Assembly: GCA_045659365.1 (NCBI GenBank)
Contig: JAZOWT010000105.1
Location: 1-52,059, forward strand
Direction of reading: 5' to 3'
DNA length: 52,059 bases
Source: Eubacteriales bacterium
Lineage (GTDB): Bacteria > Bacillota > Clostridia > Oscillospirales > CAG-272
A model generated the notes under the pieces. It was not told where the DNA came from. It did no database searches and was given only the letters and a program-made list of their open reading frames with translations. Shown one piece after another: positions 1 to 8,176 of this stretch. The translations under genes were made by a program, and so were the position numbers. Position 1 is the stretch's first letter. The number at the start of each line of letters is the position of its first letter.

Positions 1-2541
1 CATGACTGGTACTGGTTTGACGGCAGCTTCGTATGTATGCTTTGCGGACTTAAGAATGCCAACGGCGCAAGCGGATCCATCGTTCTTGAGGATGCGAGCG
101 ACCTTGACGATGATGACGATACCTACATCATCGGCTACTACTTCCGTAAAGATTACGGAAAGCTTGAATACCTCTATGCTATCACCCTTGTAAACCAGTG
201 GGGCGAGGAGCTGGCATTTATCGACCTCGATAAATTCGGCATCGCTATCACTCCTTGGGGCGACGGCACATACGTTATGTTCTATAAGTCTGCGGTTATG
301 AATGCTGCGGCAGAGCTCGGATACACCGAGGATCAGTACGACATCCGCTTCTCATTCGTTCCCGTTGGCTGGTATGAAGACCTTGATTATGCAATCACCT
401 TCGAGGTTATGTCCAAGACCGACGAGTGCAAAAATCATTTTTACAGCCACTATGACGGCTGCTGCGTATTCTGCGGCCAGCCCGAAAAGACCGAATGCGA
501 TCACTGGTACGTTGATGGCTGGTGCCAGAACTGCGGTGAGCGCGATCCCTACTATGAAGAGTGCGGTCACTGGTACGTTGACGGATACTGTCAGTACTGC
601 GGCGAGCGCGATCCTAACTACGGTGATCCCGAAGAAGATCTCGGTGACGCTATTCACAACGGATATAGCGAGGTTTTCGCAGGAGAGGGCGAGGATTTCT
701 ATCGTGCGTGCCACAACATTAATCTCTTTAAGAATGGAATTGCTTGGTATTCCATTGATTACAGAGACGAAAAAGATGAAATAATCAGAACCTTTAATTC
801 GTATGGTTCTTGGAGAAGAGAAAAAGACCCCGTGAACGGAACAGTATTCGTAGTTGACGTCGAAATTGAAGGCGTCTTCTGCGAAATTCGCTACGTTCTC
901 AACGAATACGGCGAGCTTGCAAAGCCCTGCGATCACTGGTACGTTGATGGCTGGTGTGAGTACTGCGGTCAGTGTGAGCATCCTTTCATCGATACTACTC
1001 GTCAGGATGCCACCTGCACCGAGTCCGGTTATATGCGCGATTACTGCACACAGTGTGGTATAACTGTTTACGAAGAGTTTTACAACCCCACCGGACATAA
1101 CTACCTTGATGGCTACTGTGATATTTGCGGCGCCGAGGAGAAGGACGATATCGTTTGCGAGAAGCATAGATTCGATGCTTCCGGCACCTGTATATTCTGC
1201 GGATACCACAAGGGCGAAGAGTGTATGCACGAAATCTACGTTGACGAGAAGATGTCAACCTGTACCGAGGACGGCTACAAGATCGAAAGATGTAAGAAGT
1301 GCGGCATCATCGTTTATTCGGAATACTGGGGCCCCAACGGTCACTGGTTTGAAAATGGCAAGTGTGTAAACTGCGGCGAGAGCGAAAGCTTTGACGATGA
1401 AGCGTGCAAGCACAAGTTCGATGACAAGGGTTACTGCATGATGTGTGGTTACTACGAGGGCAACGGCGAAGCGTGCAAGCACAAGTTCGATGATAAGGGT
1501 TACTGCATGTTCTGCGGTTACTACGAAGGCAACGGCGAGATTGTTGCTTGCGAGCACAAGGATACCTACACCGAAGAGATAGTCGGATCCTGCCAGAGCA
1601 ACGGCATGATCAACACCTACTGCATGATGTGTGGCATTTTGGTTAACCAGATGTACACTCCCTCCACCGGACACAATTTCGATGATAAGGGCTACTGCAT
1701 GATGTGTGGTTACTACGAGGGCAACGGCGAAGCGTGCAAGCACGTTGACTACGACATGAACGGCTGGTGCGATATGTGCGACGAGTACGTTGGCATCACA
1801 GAAGAATGTATGCACGAAAAGATCCGTACCGAGCGTCAGGCGGCTACCTGCACTGAAGCAGGCTACACACGTACAATCTGTGATAGCTGCCAGATGATCA
1901 TCAAGGAATCCTGGATCGAGCCCTATGGACACAAGTTCGATGAAATGGGTAACTGCAATAACTGCGGTTACTCCGAGGGCAACGGTGAGATCGCTTGTGA
2001 GCACAAGGACACATATTGGGATGCTTGGGACTCCTCCTGCACCAATAACGGCGGCAAGATCGAAAAGTGCGCACTGTGCGGATATGTCCTTTACGAAGAG
2101 TATTTCCCTGCTACCGGACATATGTTCAACGAAAAGGGCTACTGTGATATTTGTGGCTACTCCGAGGGCAAAGATGAGGTTGTTGCTTGCGAGCACAAGG
2201 ATACCTACACCGAGGAGATAGTCGGATCCTGCCAGAGCAACGGCATGATCAACACCTATTGCAAGACTTGTTTCACTCTGATCAATCAGATGCCCACTAC
2301 CGCCACCGGACACGCGTTTGACGAAAATGGTCACTGCATGTTCTGCGGTTACTACGAAGGCGACGACGAAGCTTGCAAGCACAAGTTTGATGATAAAGGC
2401 AACTGTGTAATTTGTGGCTACTCCGAGAGCAACAGTGACTCTGAGGGCGAGTTTGGTGAAAGCACCGGCGAGAATGGTTCTATCAAGGTTCCCGGTGTTG
2501 AAATCCCCGAAGATTTCGTGGAAATCGCTCCCATTGGTTGA
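1..2541 (+). CDS. Large acidic Cys/His-repeat protein, 5'-truncated at the window edge; repeated C-x-H...G-x-C-x2-C-G and ATCTExG units typical of clostridial surface proteins
   Basis: Frame 1 is open from base 1 (HDWYWFDGSFVCMLCG...) to TGA at 2539-2541. Many CxxCG repeats, consistent codon usage, followed by a hairpin. Confidence 0.8.
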   Translation, partial: HDWYWFDGSFVCMLCGLKNANGASGSIVLEDASDLDDDDDTYIIGYYFRKDYGKLEYLYAITLVNQWGEELAFIDLDKFGIAITPWGDGTYVMFYKSAVMNAAAELGYTEDQYDIRFSFVPVGWYEDLDYAITFEVMSKTDECKNHFYSHYDGCCVFCGQPEKTECDHWYVDGWCQNCGERDPYYEECGHWYVDGYCQYCGERDPNYGDPEEDLGDAIHNGYSEVFAGEGEDFYRACHNINLFKNGIAWYSIDYRDEKDEIIRTFNSYGSWRREKDPVNGTVFVVDVEIEGVFCEIRYVLNEYGELAKPCDHWYVDGWCEYCGQCEHPFIDTTRQDATCTESGYMRDYCTQCGITVYEEFYNPTGHNYLDGYCDICGAEEKDDIVCEKHRFDASGTCIFCGYHKGEECMHEIYVDEKMSTCTEDGYKIERCKKCGIIVYSEYWGPNGHWFENGKCVNCGESESFDDEACKHKFDDKGYCMMCGYYEGNGEACKHKFDDKGYCMFCGYYEGNGEIVACEHKDTYTEEIVGSCQSNGMINTYCMMCGILVNQMYTPSTGHNFDDKGYCMMCGYYEGNGEACKHVDYDMNGWCDMCDEYVGITEECMHEKIRTERQAATCTEAGYTRTICDSCQMIIKESWIEPYGHKFDEMGNCNNCGYSEGNGEIACEHKDTYWDAWDSSCTNNGGKIEKCALCGYVLYEEYFPATGHMFNEKGYCDICGYSEGKDEVVACEHKDTYTEEIVGSCQSNGMINTYCKTCFTLINQMPTTATGHAFDENGHCMFCGYYEGDDEACKHKFDDKGNCVICGYSESNSDSEGEFGESTGENGSIKVPGVEIPEDFVEIAPIG
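1402..1539 (+). repeat. Intragenic tandem repeat, 2 x 69 bp (ACKHKFDDKGYCMxCGYYEGNGE), with further diverged copies near 1672-1743 and 2371-2430
   Basis: 1402-1470 and 1471-1539 differ at about 6 positions. Other near-identical pairs: 1541-1619 vs 2180-2258, and a 66-bp unit at 496-626 recurring near 928-970. Confidence 0.9.
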
Positions 2542-2561
2542 TAACGTCACCGGATTTTATT

Positions 2562-2610
2562 AAATAATAGCAAGCGCCCCGGCGGAGAGATCTGCCGGGG
2601 CGTATTATTT
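2562..2610 (+). terminator. Intrinsic terminator-like hairpin after the Cys-rich gene
   Basis: gcgccccggcgga-gaga-tctgccggggcgt stem flanked by aaataata / tattattt. Confidence 0.7.
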
Positions 2611-2624
2611 GGTTGAAAAACAAC

Positions 2625-2653
2625 TTGCAAAAGTCACGCACGAATGATATAAT
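2625..2653 (+). promoter_or_regulatory. sigmaA promoter of the RNA methyltransferase gene
   Basis: TTGCAA-17 bp-TATAAT with extended -10 TG. Confidence 0.75.
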
Positions 2654-2684
2654 AAAAAGGAAAATAAAACTAACGGAGTCAGAA

Positions 2685-3512
2685 ATGGCAAGGATACAGG
2701 AAATTACCGATTTCAACGCACCGCAGCTCGACGTTTTCGTGCGTCTGACCGGAGCGCAGCTGAGAAACAAGCTTGAGCCCGAAAAAGGCATTTTTATAGC
2801 AGAAAGCCCAACAGTTATTGAGGTTGCACTCAATGCCGGATGCGTACCCGTGTCACTTTTAACCGACAAAAGACTGATAAACGGAGCGGTCGCAAGCATC
2901 ATTGATCGCCTTGGCGATGACGTGCCGGTATACATCGCAGAGCGCGATATGCTCACTGCGCTCACCGGCTTCGAATTGACGCGAGGCGCGCTTTGTGCGA
3001 TGAAGCGTCCGACACAGCCGAGCGTTGAGGAGCTGTGCCGTGGGGCGCGCAGAGTTGCAGTGCTTGAGGCGGTGACCGACTCGACAAACATCGGCGCGCT
3101 TTTTCGTTCGGCAGCGGCGATGCACATTGACGCGGTGCTTATAACCCCCACCTGTTGCGATCCCTTGTGTCGCAGGGCGGTAAGAGTCAGCATGGGTACT
3201 GTTTTTCAGATTCCATGGACAAGAATCGGCGACACTCCCGCCGACTGGCCGACAAATGGCCTCGAGCGGCTTCACTCACTCGGCTTCAAGACGGCTGCAA
3301 TGGCACTGACCGACAATTCGGTAAGCATTGACGACCCCGGCCTTATGGCAGAGGAAAGATTAGCAATAATCCTCGGCACCGAGGGTGACGGCCTTTCAAA
3401 GCGCACGATTGCAGAAAGCGATTACACAGTAAAGATCCCCATGTCGCACGGAGTAGATTCCTTGAACGTTGCGGCCGCCGGCGCAGTTGCATTCTGGCAG
3501 CTGACGAGGTGA
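2685..3512 (+). CDS. TrmH/SpoU (SPOUT) family RNA methyltransferase
   Basis: Motifs NIGALFRSA, LGTEGDGL and IPM..GVDSLNVAAA. ATG at 2685 has a GGAG RBS; the upstream TTG start would lie upstream of the promoter. Confidence 0.9.
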   Translation: MARIQEITDFNAPQLDVFVRLTGAQLRNKLEPEKGIFIAESPTVIEVALNAGCVPVSLLTDKRLINGAVASIIDRLGDDVPVYIAERDMLTALTGFELTRGALCAMKRPTQPSVEELCRGARRVAVLEAVTDSTNIGALFRSAAAMHIDAVLITPTCCDPLCRRAVRVSMGTVFQIPWTRIGDTPADWPTNGLERLHSLGFKTAAMALTDNSVSIDDPGLMAEERLAIILGTEGDGLSKRTIAESDYTVKIPMSHGVDSLNVAAAGAVAFWQLTR

Positions 3513-3515
3513 GAT

Positions 3516-3718
3516 CCCCTCTCAGTCGCTACGCGCCAGCTGTCTCGCCGCGGCTCGGTCACGTTTCGGCTCTTGCGTTATCAACGCAATTCACTACCGA
3601 AACGCCGCTTCGCTACCCGAAGGGGAGCCTACCTAAAAGATGTCTTTGCGCAAAAGGTGGACAACCAGGGAGCCTCGCCCTCGGGGAGAGGTGTCGAGCA
3701 TAGCGAGACGGAGAGGGT
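3516..3718. repeat. Inverted pair of related short palindromic (REP/REPIN-like) elements; the left copy carries a ~70-bp nested hairpin insert
   Basis: 3516-3630 (cccctctcagtcgctacgcgccagct...ccgaaggggagcct) aligns with the reverse complement of 3671-3718 (accctctccgtctcgctatgctcgacacctctccccgagggcgaggct). Confidence 0.7.
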
Positions 3719-3732
3719 TAATATACAAAGAA

Positions 3733-3776
3733 ACACGGGTATGCCGGCACAAAGCGGTATACCCGTGTAACTTTTT
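3733..3776 (+). terminator. Hairpin plus T-tract between the convergent methyltransferase and pepF genes
   Basis: acacgggtatgccg...cggtatacccgtgt followed by aactttttt. Confidence 0.6.
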
Positions 3777-3792
3777 TCGATTGTTTTATGTC

Positions 3793-3818
3793 GGGACGTC
3801 GAGGACGTCGTCCCCTAC
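3793..3818 (-). repeat. GTAG-type REP palindrome
   Basis: The minus strand reads GTAG-GGGACGACGTCCTCGACGTCCC: a GTAG tetranucleotide followed by an imperfect palindrome. Confidence 0.7.
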
Positions 3819-3830
3819 AATAAGGTTATA

Positions 3831-5633
3831 TTACTTATTTCTATTGTAGATCTCTCTGAACTGGCGAACAGAAGAGGTGAAGTCCCGGATAGCGTCGCTG
3901 ACAACGGCGGGATCGCGCATATCGATGCCGGCAACAAGCAGACTATCAAGGGGTGACTTGGAGTCGCCGCACTTAAGGAAGTCGATATACTTACCAACGT
4001 AGGATGCGCCCTCCTCCTCAATGCGCTTTACGATTGCGCTTGCCGCGGAGATGCAGGTAGCATACTTGTAAACGTAGAAGCAGCTATAGAAGTGAGGAAT
4101 ACGCGCCCACTCGAGTGCGATCTGCTTGTCACATACAACGTCCTTACCGAAGTACTTCTTAACAAGCTTGTAGTAAGCCTTGTTCACACTATCAGCGGTG
4201 AGAGTCTCGCCCTTTTCAATGCGCGCGTGCATCTGCTTTTCAAAGGATGCAAACATGGTCTGACGGTAGAGGGTAGCCTTGTAGGTTTCCATAAGTCCGT
4301 CAAGAATGTAAAGCTTTTCCTCATCAGACTTGCACTCTGCAAGCTTGCGGTGTGCAAGAAGAAGCTCGTTTACGGTAGATGCAACCTCAGCAACGAAGAT
4401 ACGGTAGCTGGAGTTGTGAGGCTCGTTGTAGTGGGTGGAGAACCAGGTATGCATCGAGTGGCCAGCCTCGTGTGCGAGGGTGGAAACGTCGTCATATCTG
4501 CCGTTGTAGTTAAGAAGGATGTAAGGCTCGGTCTCGGGACAGCCGGCACTGAATGCGCCGCCGCGCTTACCCTTGGTGGGATAAACGTCAACCCAGCCCT
4601 TTTCCTTAAGACCTGCTTTAAGGGTGCTGTGATACTCTTCACCGTAGATCTCGGTTGCCTTAAGAACGTCATCAACTGCCTCCTCATAGCTGTACTCACG
4701 AGCGAGAGAGCCAACAAGGGGAGTGTAAATATCGTAAAGGTGAAGCTTATCAAGGCCGAGGACCTCGCGCTTAAGCTCATAGTAATCGTAAAGGGGCTCA
4801 AGGCTGGACTCAACGGTTTTTATGAGGTTATTGTAGATTTCGGGAGTGATCTCATCATTAAATGTGGATGCAGTGAGAGAGTCCTTGAAGTTATGAGTCT
4901 TTGCAATGGTGGTAGCCTCTCTGATACGGCCGTCAAGCAGGGTTGCAAAGGTGTTTGCAAACTGGCCGTAGGTCTTGTACATCTCTCTGAATGCCGCCAT
5001 ACGAACACGGCGCTCACCGGAACGGAGGTAGATGCCGTAGGTTGCATCGGTAAGCTCAACGCGCTTGCCGTCCTCGGTCTTGATCTTACCGAACTTCATA
5101 TCAGAGTTTGCAAAAATGCTTCTGATATTGTTGTGCGAGCCGAAGCAGTCGCCAAGAGAGGACATAAGCTTCTCGCAGTCGTCGGAGAGGGTGTGCTTCT
5201 TCTCGCGCATGGTCTTCTCGATCATACGGCGGAAGGTTTCAAGCTCGGGAAGCTCGACAAACCAGCCCTCAACGGTCTTCTCATCAAGGCGAAGAAGATA
5301 AGGCTTTATAAACCAAGCCGCGCTATCAAAGGTTACGGCAAGGCTTCTCACCTTACCGGTGAGTGCCTGATAGGTGTTGTTGGAGGTGTCGGTGGAAAAG
5401 TTAAGGCTTGCATAGCTCCAGAGTCTTTCGATAGCGCGCTCAATTACGTTCATATCGCAGAGCGCACCGTAGATAGCCTTTGCTGAAGAGGTAAAGGTCT
5501 TCTCATGCTTTTTGAACTCAGCAATCTTGCTCTCAGCAACCTTAAACTCGGCGTTGAACGCATCAACGCTTTCATAGATCACGGAGAGATCCCACTTATA
5601 TTTCTTGTCTATATCTTTTCTTTCGAGTGCCAT
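3831..5633 (-). CDS. pepF: Oligoendopeptidase F (M3B)
   Basis: N-terminal KYKWDL, GKRGGAFS, HEAGH zinc motif, AEVAST and WARIPHFY; 600 aa. Confidence 0.95.
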   Translation of the reverse strand: MALERKDIDKKYKWDLSVIYESVDAFNAEFKVAESKIAEFKKHEKTFTSSAKAIYGALCDMNVIERAIERLWSYASLNFSTDTSNNTYQALTGKVRSLAVTFDSAAWFIKPYLLRLDEKTVEGWFVELPELETFRRMIEKTMREKKHTLSDDCEKLMSSLGDCFGSHNNIRSIFANSDMKFGKIKTEDGKRVELTDATYGIYLRSGERRVRMAAFREMYKTYGQFANTFATLLDGRIREATTIAKTHNFKDSLTASTFNDEITPEIYNNLIKTVESSLEPLYDYYELKREVLGLDKLHLYDIYTPLVGSLAREYSYEEAVDDVLKATEIYGEEYHSTLKAGLKEKGWVDVYPTKGKRGGAFSAGCPETEPYILLNYNGRYDDVSTLAHEAGHSMHTWFSTHYNEPHNSSYRIFVAEVASTVNELLLAHRKLAECKSDEEKLYILDGLMETYKATLYRQTMFASFEKQMHARIEKGETLTADSVNKAYYKLVKKYFGKDVVCDKQIALEWARIPHFYSCFYVYKYATCISAASAIVKRIEEEGASYVGKYIDFLKCGDSKSPLDSLLVAGIDMRDPAVVSDAIRDFTSSVRQFREIYNRNK

Positions 5634-5636
5634 TTT

Positions 5637-7004
5637 TTATTCTCCTTTATTATCCTTGTTATGGTGGTGGAAGAGTTGACGAAGCGCATGTACGTGCGGC
5701 TCGTGAGGACGGCGGAACTCCTGGGAGTCCTTGATTCTTGCACTGACCTTGCCGTCGGGCTTGATGTCGCCTGCCTTGGTAAGAGAGATCTTGGTAAGCA
5801 TAGGACCGAAGAGCTCGTAGATAAGAACTGCAAAGAGAGTGATGTTTGCAACAATAGTACCGATATTAGAAAGATCGCCAACAAACAGTGTCTTAGTCTT
5901 CATAGCCATACCGAGTGCAACACCGGCCTGGGGAAGAAGGGTGATACCGAGGTATTTAACGATGTTATCGTCACAATTCATCATCTTGGAGCTTGAATAT
6001 GCACCAAAGTATTTACCGACCGATCTCGCGATGATATATACAACACCGATCAGGACGATCCAGCCGTTTTTGAACACGGAAAGCTCAAGCTCTGCACCGC
6101 TCAAAACAAAGAAAAGAATTAACACGGGGCCGGACCAACGGTCTGCACGGGCCATAAGCTCATCAGAGAAGTCACATACGTTGCAGAATACAGTACCGAG
6201 CATCATACATACGAGCAAGGACGAGAAAGCAACGTGAATTTCACCGATATGGAAGTCGAGTGAAGAAAGTGCAACCGCCAAAAGCACGAAGCAGATCGAC
6301 ATCGCAAGACGCTTTGAGTTTGAGTGGAAGAAGCGCTCGGCAAAGTTGAAGGCAAAGCCGAGAACAACACCGAGTGCAAGCGAGAGCACAACCTCAAGAA
6401 GGGGCTCGAGGATCACTGCAGCGATAGATACGTTACCGGTTGAGAGCGAGCGGGCAACACCGAGAGATATTGCGAAAAGGACAAGGCCGACCGCGTCGTC
6501 AATAGCAACGACGGGAAGAAGCATATCGGTAAGGGGACCCTTTGCCTTATACTGCTTTACGACCATGAGGGTTGCGGCGGGAGCGGTAGCGGATGCAACT
6601 GCGCCGAGGATGATTGCCGCAGGGAGAGGAAGAACGTCCTCACCGAGTGCAAAATGAAGACCGATAAGAGCACCGTCAACAACAAGTGTTGCAACAACGG
6701 CCTGGAATATACCTACTACCGTTGCCTGCTTACCAATCTTTTTAAGCTGGGAGATTCGGAACTCGTTACCTATTGAAAAGGCGATGAATCCGAGCGCAAC
6801 GTCGGATATGATCGAGTAGGAGCTAACGTCCTCGTGGCTGATAAATCCGATACCGGGAATGCCGATAAGACCGAGCACATAAGGACCGACAAGTATGCCG
6901 GCAATAAGATATGCGGTTACGGCAGGAAGCTTAAACAGCTTTGCCACACGAGAGAGCATAAGTCCTGCGAAGAGTGCGATGGAAAGACTTAAAAGTATTT
7001 GCAT
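5637..7004 (-). CDS. Cation:proton antiporter (CPA2/Na_H_Exchanger family) with a His-rich C-terminal tail
   Basis: About 12-13 hydrophobic segments; GILVGP, ATAPAAT, AIDD and LLPQAGVALG motifs. Confidence 0.9.
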   Translation of the reverse strand: MQILLSLSIALFAGLMLSRVAKLFKLPAVTAYLIAGILVGPYVLGLIGIPGIGFISHEDVSSYSIISDVALGFIAFSIGNEFRISQLKKIGKQATVVGIFQAVVATLVVDGALIGLHFALGEDVLPLPAAIILGAVASATAPAATLMVVKQYKAKGPLTDMLLPVVAIDDAVGLVLFAISLGVARSLSTGNVSIAAVILEPLLEVVLSLALGVVLGFAFNFAERFFHSNSKRLAMSICFVLLAVALSSLDFHIGEIHVAFSSLLVCMMLGTVFCNVCDFSDELMARADRWSGPVLILFFVLSGAELELSVFKNGWIVLIGVVYIIARSVGKYFGAYSSSKMMNCDDNIVKYLGITLLPQAGVALGMAMKTKTLFVGDLSNIGTIVANITLFAVLIYELFGPMLTKISLTKAGDIKPDGKVSARIKDSQEFRRPHEPHVHALRQLFHHHNKDNKGE

Positions 7005-7097
7005 TAGTTTACCTCTGAAAGTTCCTCTTTCAATAAAAAGTCATTTTTATTGGGCTGTCATCAGTAAAAGACGACAGCCCATTTATTAGCGTATTAT

Positions 7098-7126
7098 ATA
7101 CTAGCACAAAATACCTGCATTTGCAA
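7098..7126 (-). promoter_or_regulatory. Probable sigmaA promoter of antiporter-pepF
   Basis: Minus strand TTGCAA-17 bp-TAGTAT with TG extension. Confidence 0.5.
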
Positions 7127-7150
7127 GCCTTTTTATATATTTTTTTAAAA

Positions 7151-8164
7151 TTATTCTTCTATGGAAACCTCGCCACTGATATCGCGCTCCATAAGCTCCT
7201 TTACAACGTTGGCGTCGTTATACTTTGAGAAGAGGTAATAAAGCTTTGCAACGGCAGCCTCGGTGGTCATATCAAGTCCGCTCACGGCACCTGCCGCAGT
7301 CAGATACATACTTGCCGCATAGGCTCCAAGCTCGACCATTCCCTTGCCGCACTGTGAGGTAACGACTATCACTGTGCCGCGCTCACGTGCCGCGTGAAGC
7401 AGAGGAGCAAGCGAGTGACCGTCGGGAATATTTCCGGCACCGAATGCCTCAAGCACGATTCCGCGCACACCGCCGTCAAGCACTGCCGCAAGCAGGTCGT
7501 ATGAGAAGCCGGGGAACATTTTAATTACCGCGATCGGCACGTTTCCAACCTCAAAGAGTGAAAAGGGCTCTTCCCTTTTGCCAAGGAGGAACTTCTTACG
7601 ATAGGTGATAGAGGTACCGACGTCAGCAAGCTTCGGGTAGTTGGGTGATGCGAACGCCTCAAGATCGTCGGCGGAAACCTTTGTAGTACGGTTGCCGCGA
7701 TAAAGCATACCGCCAAAGTACAGGCACACCTCACGCACCTCGCCCGATGCTGCAACGAGCATCGACGTTACAAGATTATCTATACCGTCGCTACGCATAC
7801 GGCACAGGGGGATCTGCGAGCCGGTGAACACGACCGCCTTATCAAGTCCCTCAAGCATAAATGACATTGCCGATGCAGTATATGCCATCGTGTCAGTTCC
7901 GTGCAAAACGACAAATCCGTCAAAGTCGTCATATCTGTCGCGTATAAGCCTGCCGATCTCATTCCACTCGCGCCATGTTACGTCCGAGGAGTCAAGCAAG
8001 CGCGAAAGGCAGATGACCTCATAGCTCGGAAAACCGGGGAGATTCACGTCGTGAATTTTATAAAGCATTTCAGGAAATGCCTTAGGGTTCGGCATATAGC
8101 CGTTTTCGGTAGGCATCATACCTATGGTGCCACCCGTGTAAATTACACAGACATTCTTTTTCAT
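7151..8164 (-). CDS. ansA: Type I (cytoplasmic) L-asparaginase
   Basis: YTGGTIGM, LLDSS, HGTDTM, TGSQ and GNRTTK motifs; no signal peptide. Confidence 0.93.
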   Translation of the reverse strand: MKKNVCVIYTGGTIGMMPTENGYMPNPKAFPEMLYKIHDVNLPGFPSYEVICLSRLLDSSDVTWREWNEIGRLIRDRYDDFDGFVVLHGTDTMAYTASAMSFMLEGLDKAVVFTGSQIPLCRMRSDGIDNLVTSMLVAASGEVREVCLYFGGMLYRGNRTTKVSADDLEAFASPNYPKLADVGTSITYRKKFLLGKREEPFSLFEVGNVPIAVIKMFPGFSYDLLAAVLDGGVRGIVLEAFGAGNIPDGHSLAPLLHAARERGTVIVVTSQCGKGMVELGAYAASMYLTAAGAVSGLDMTTEAAVAKLYYLFSKYNDANVVKELMERDISGEVSIEE

Positions 8165-8176
8165 TATTCCACCACT

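Noticed and set aside
496-2430. Diversity-generating retroelement (TR/VR pair) behind the near-identical repeats
   Set aside because: Mismatches are mostly synonymous C/T and G/A changes and are not adenine-specific. All copies are in frame within one CDS, and no reverse transcriptase is in the window.
1-2541. Multiheme cytochrome c or CRISPR array
   Set aside because: The motifs are CxxCG, not CxxCH. The repeats are codon-phased with no unique spacers, and there are no cas genes.
3509-4021. Short ORFs in the methyltransferase-pepF intergenic region
   Set aside because: They translate palindromic repeat DNA or the pepF end in other frames; no RBS support.
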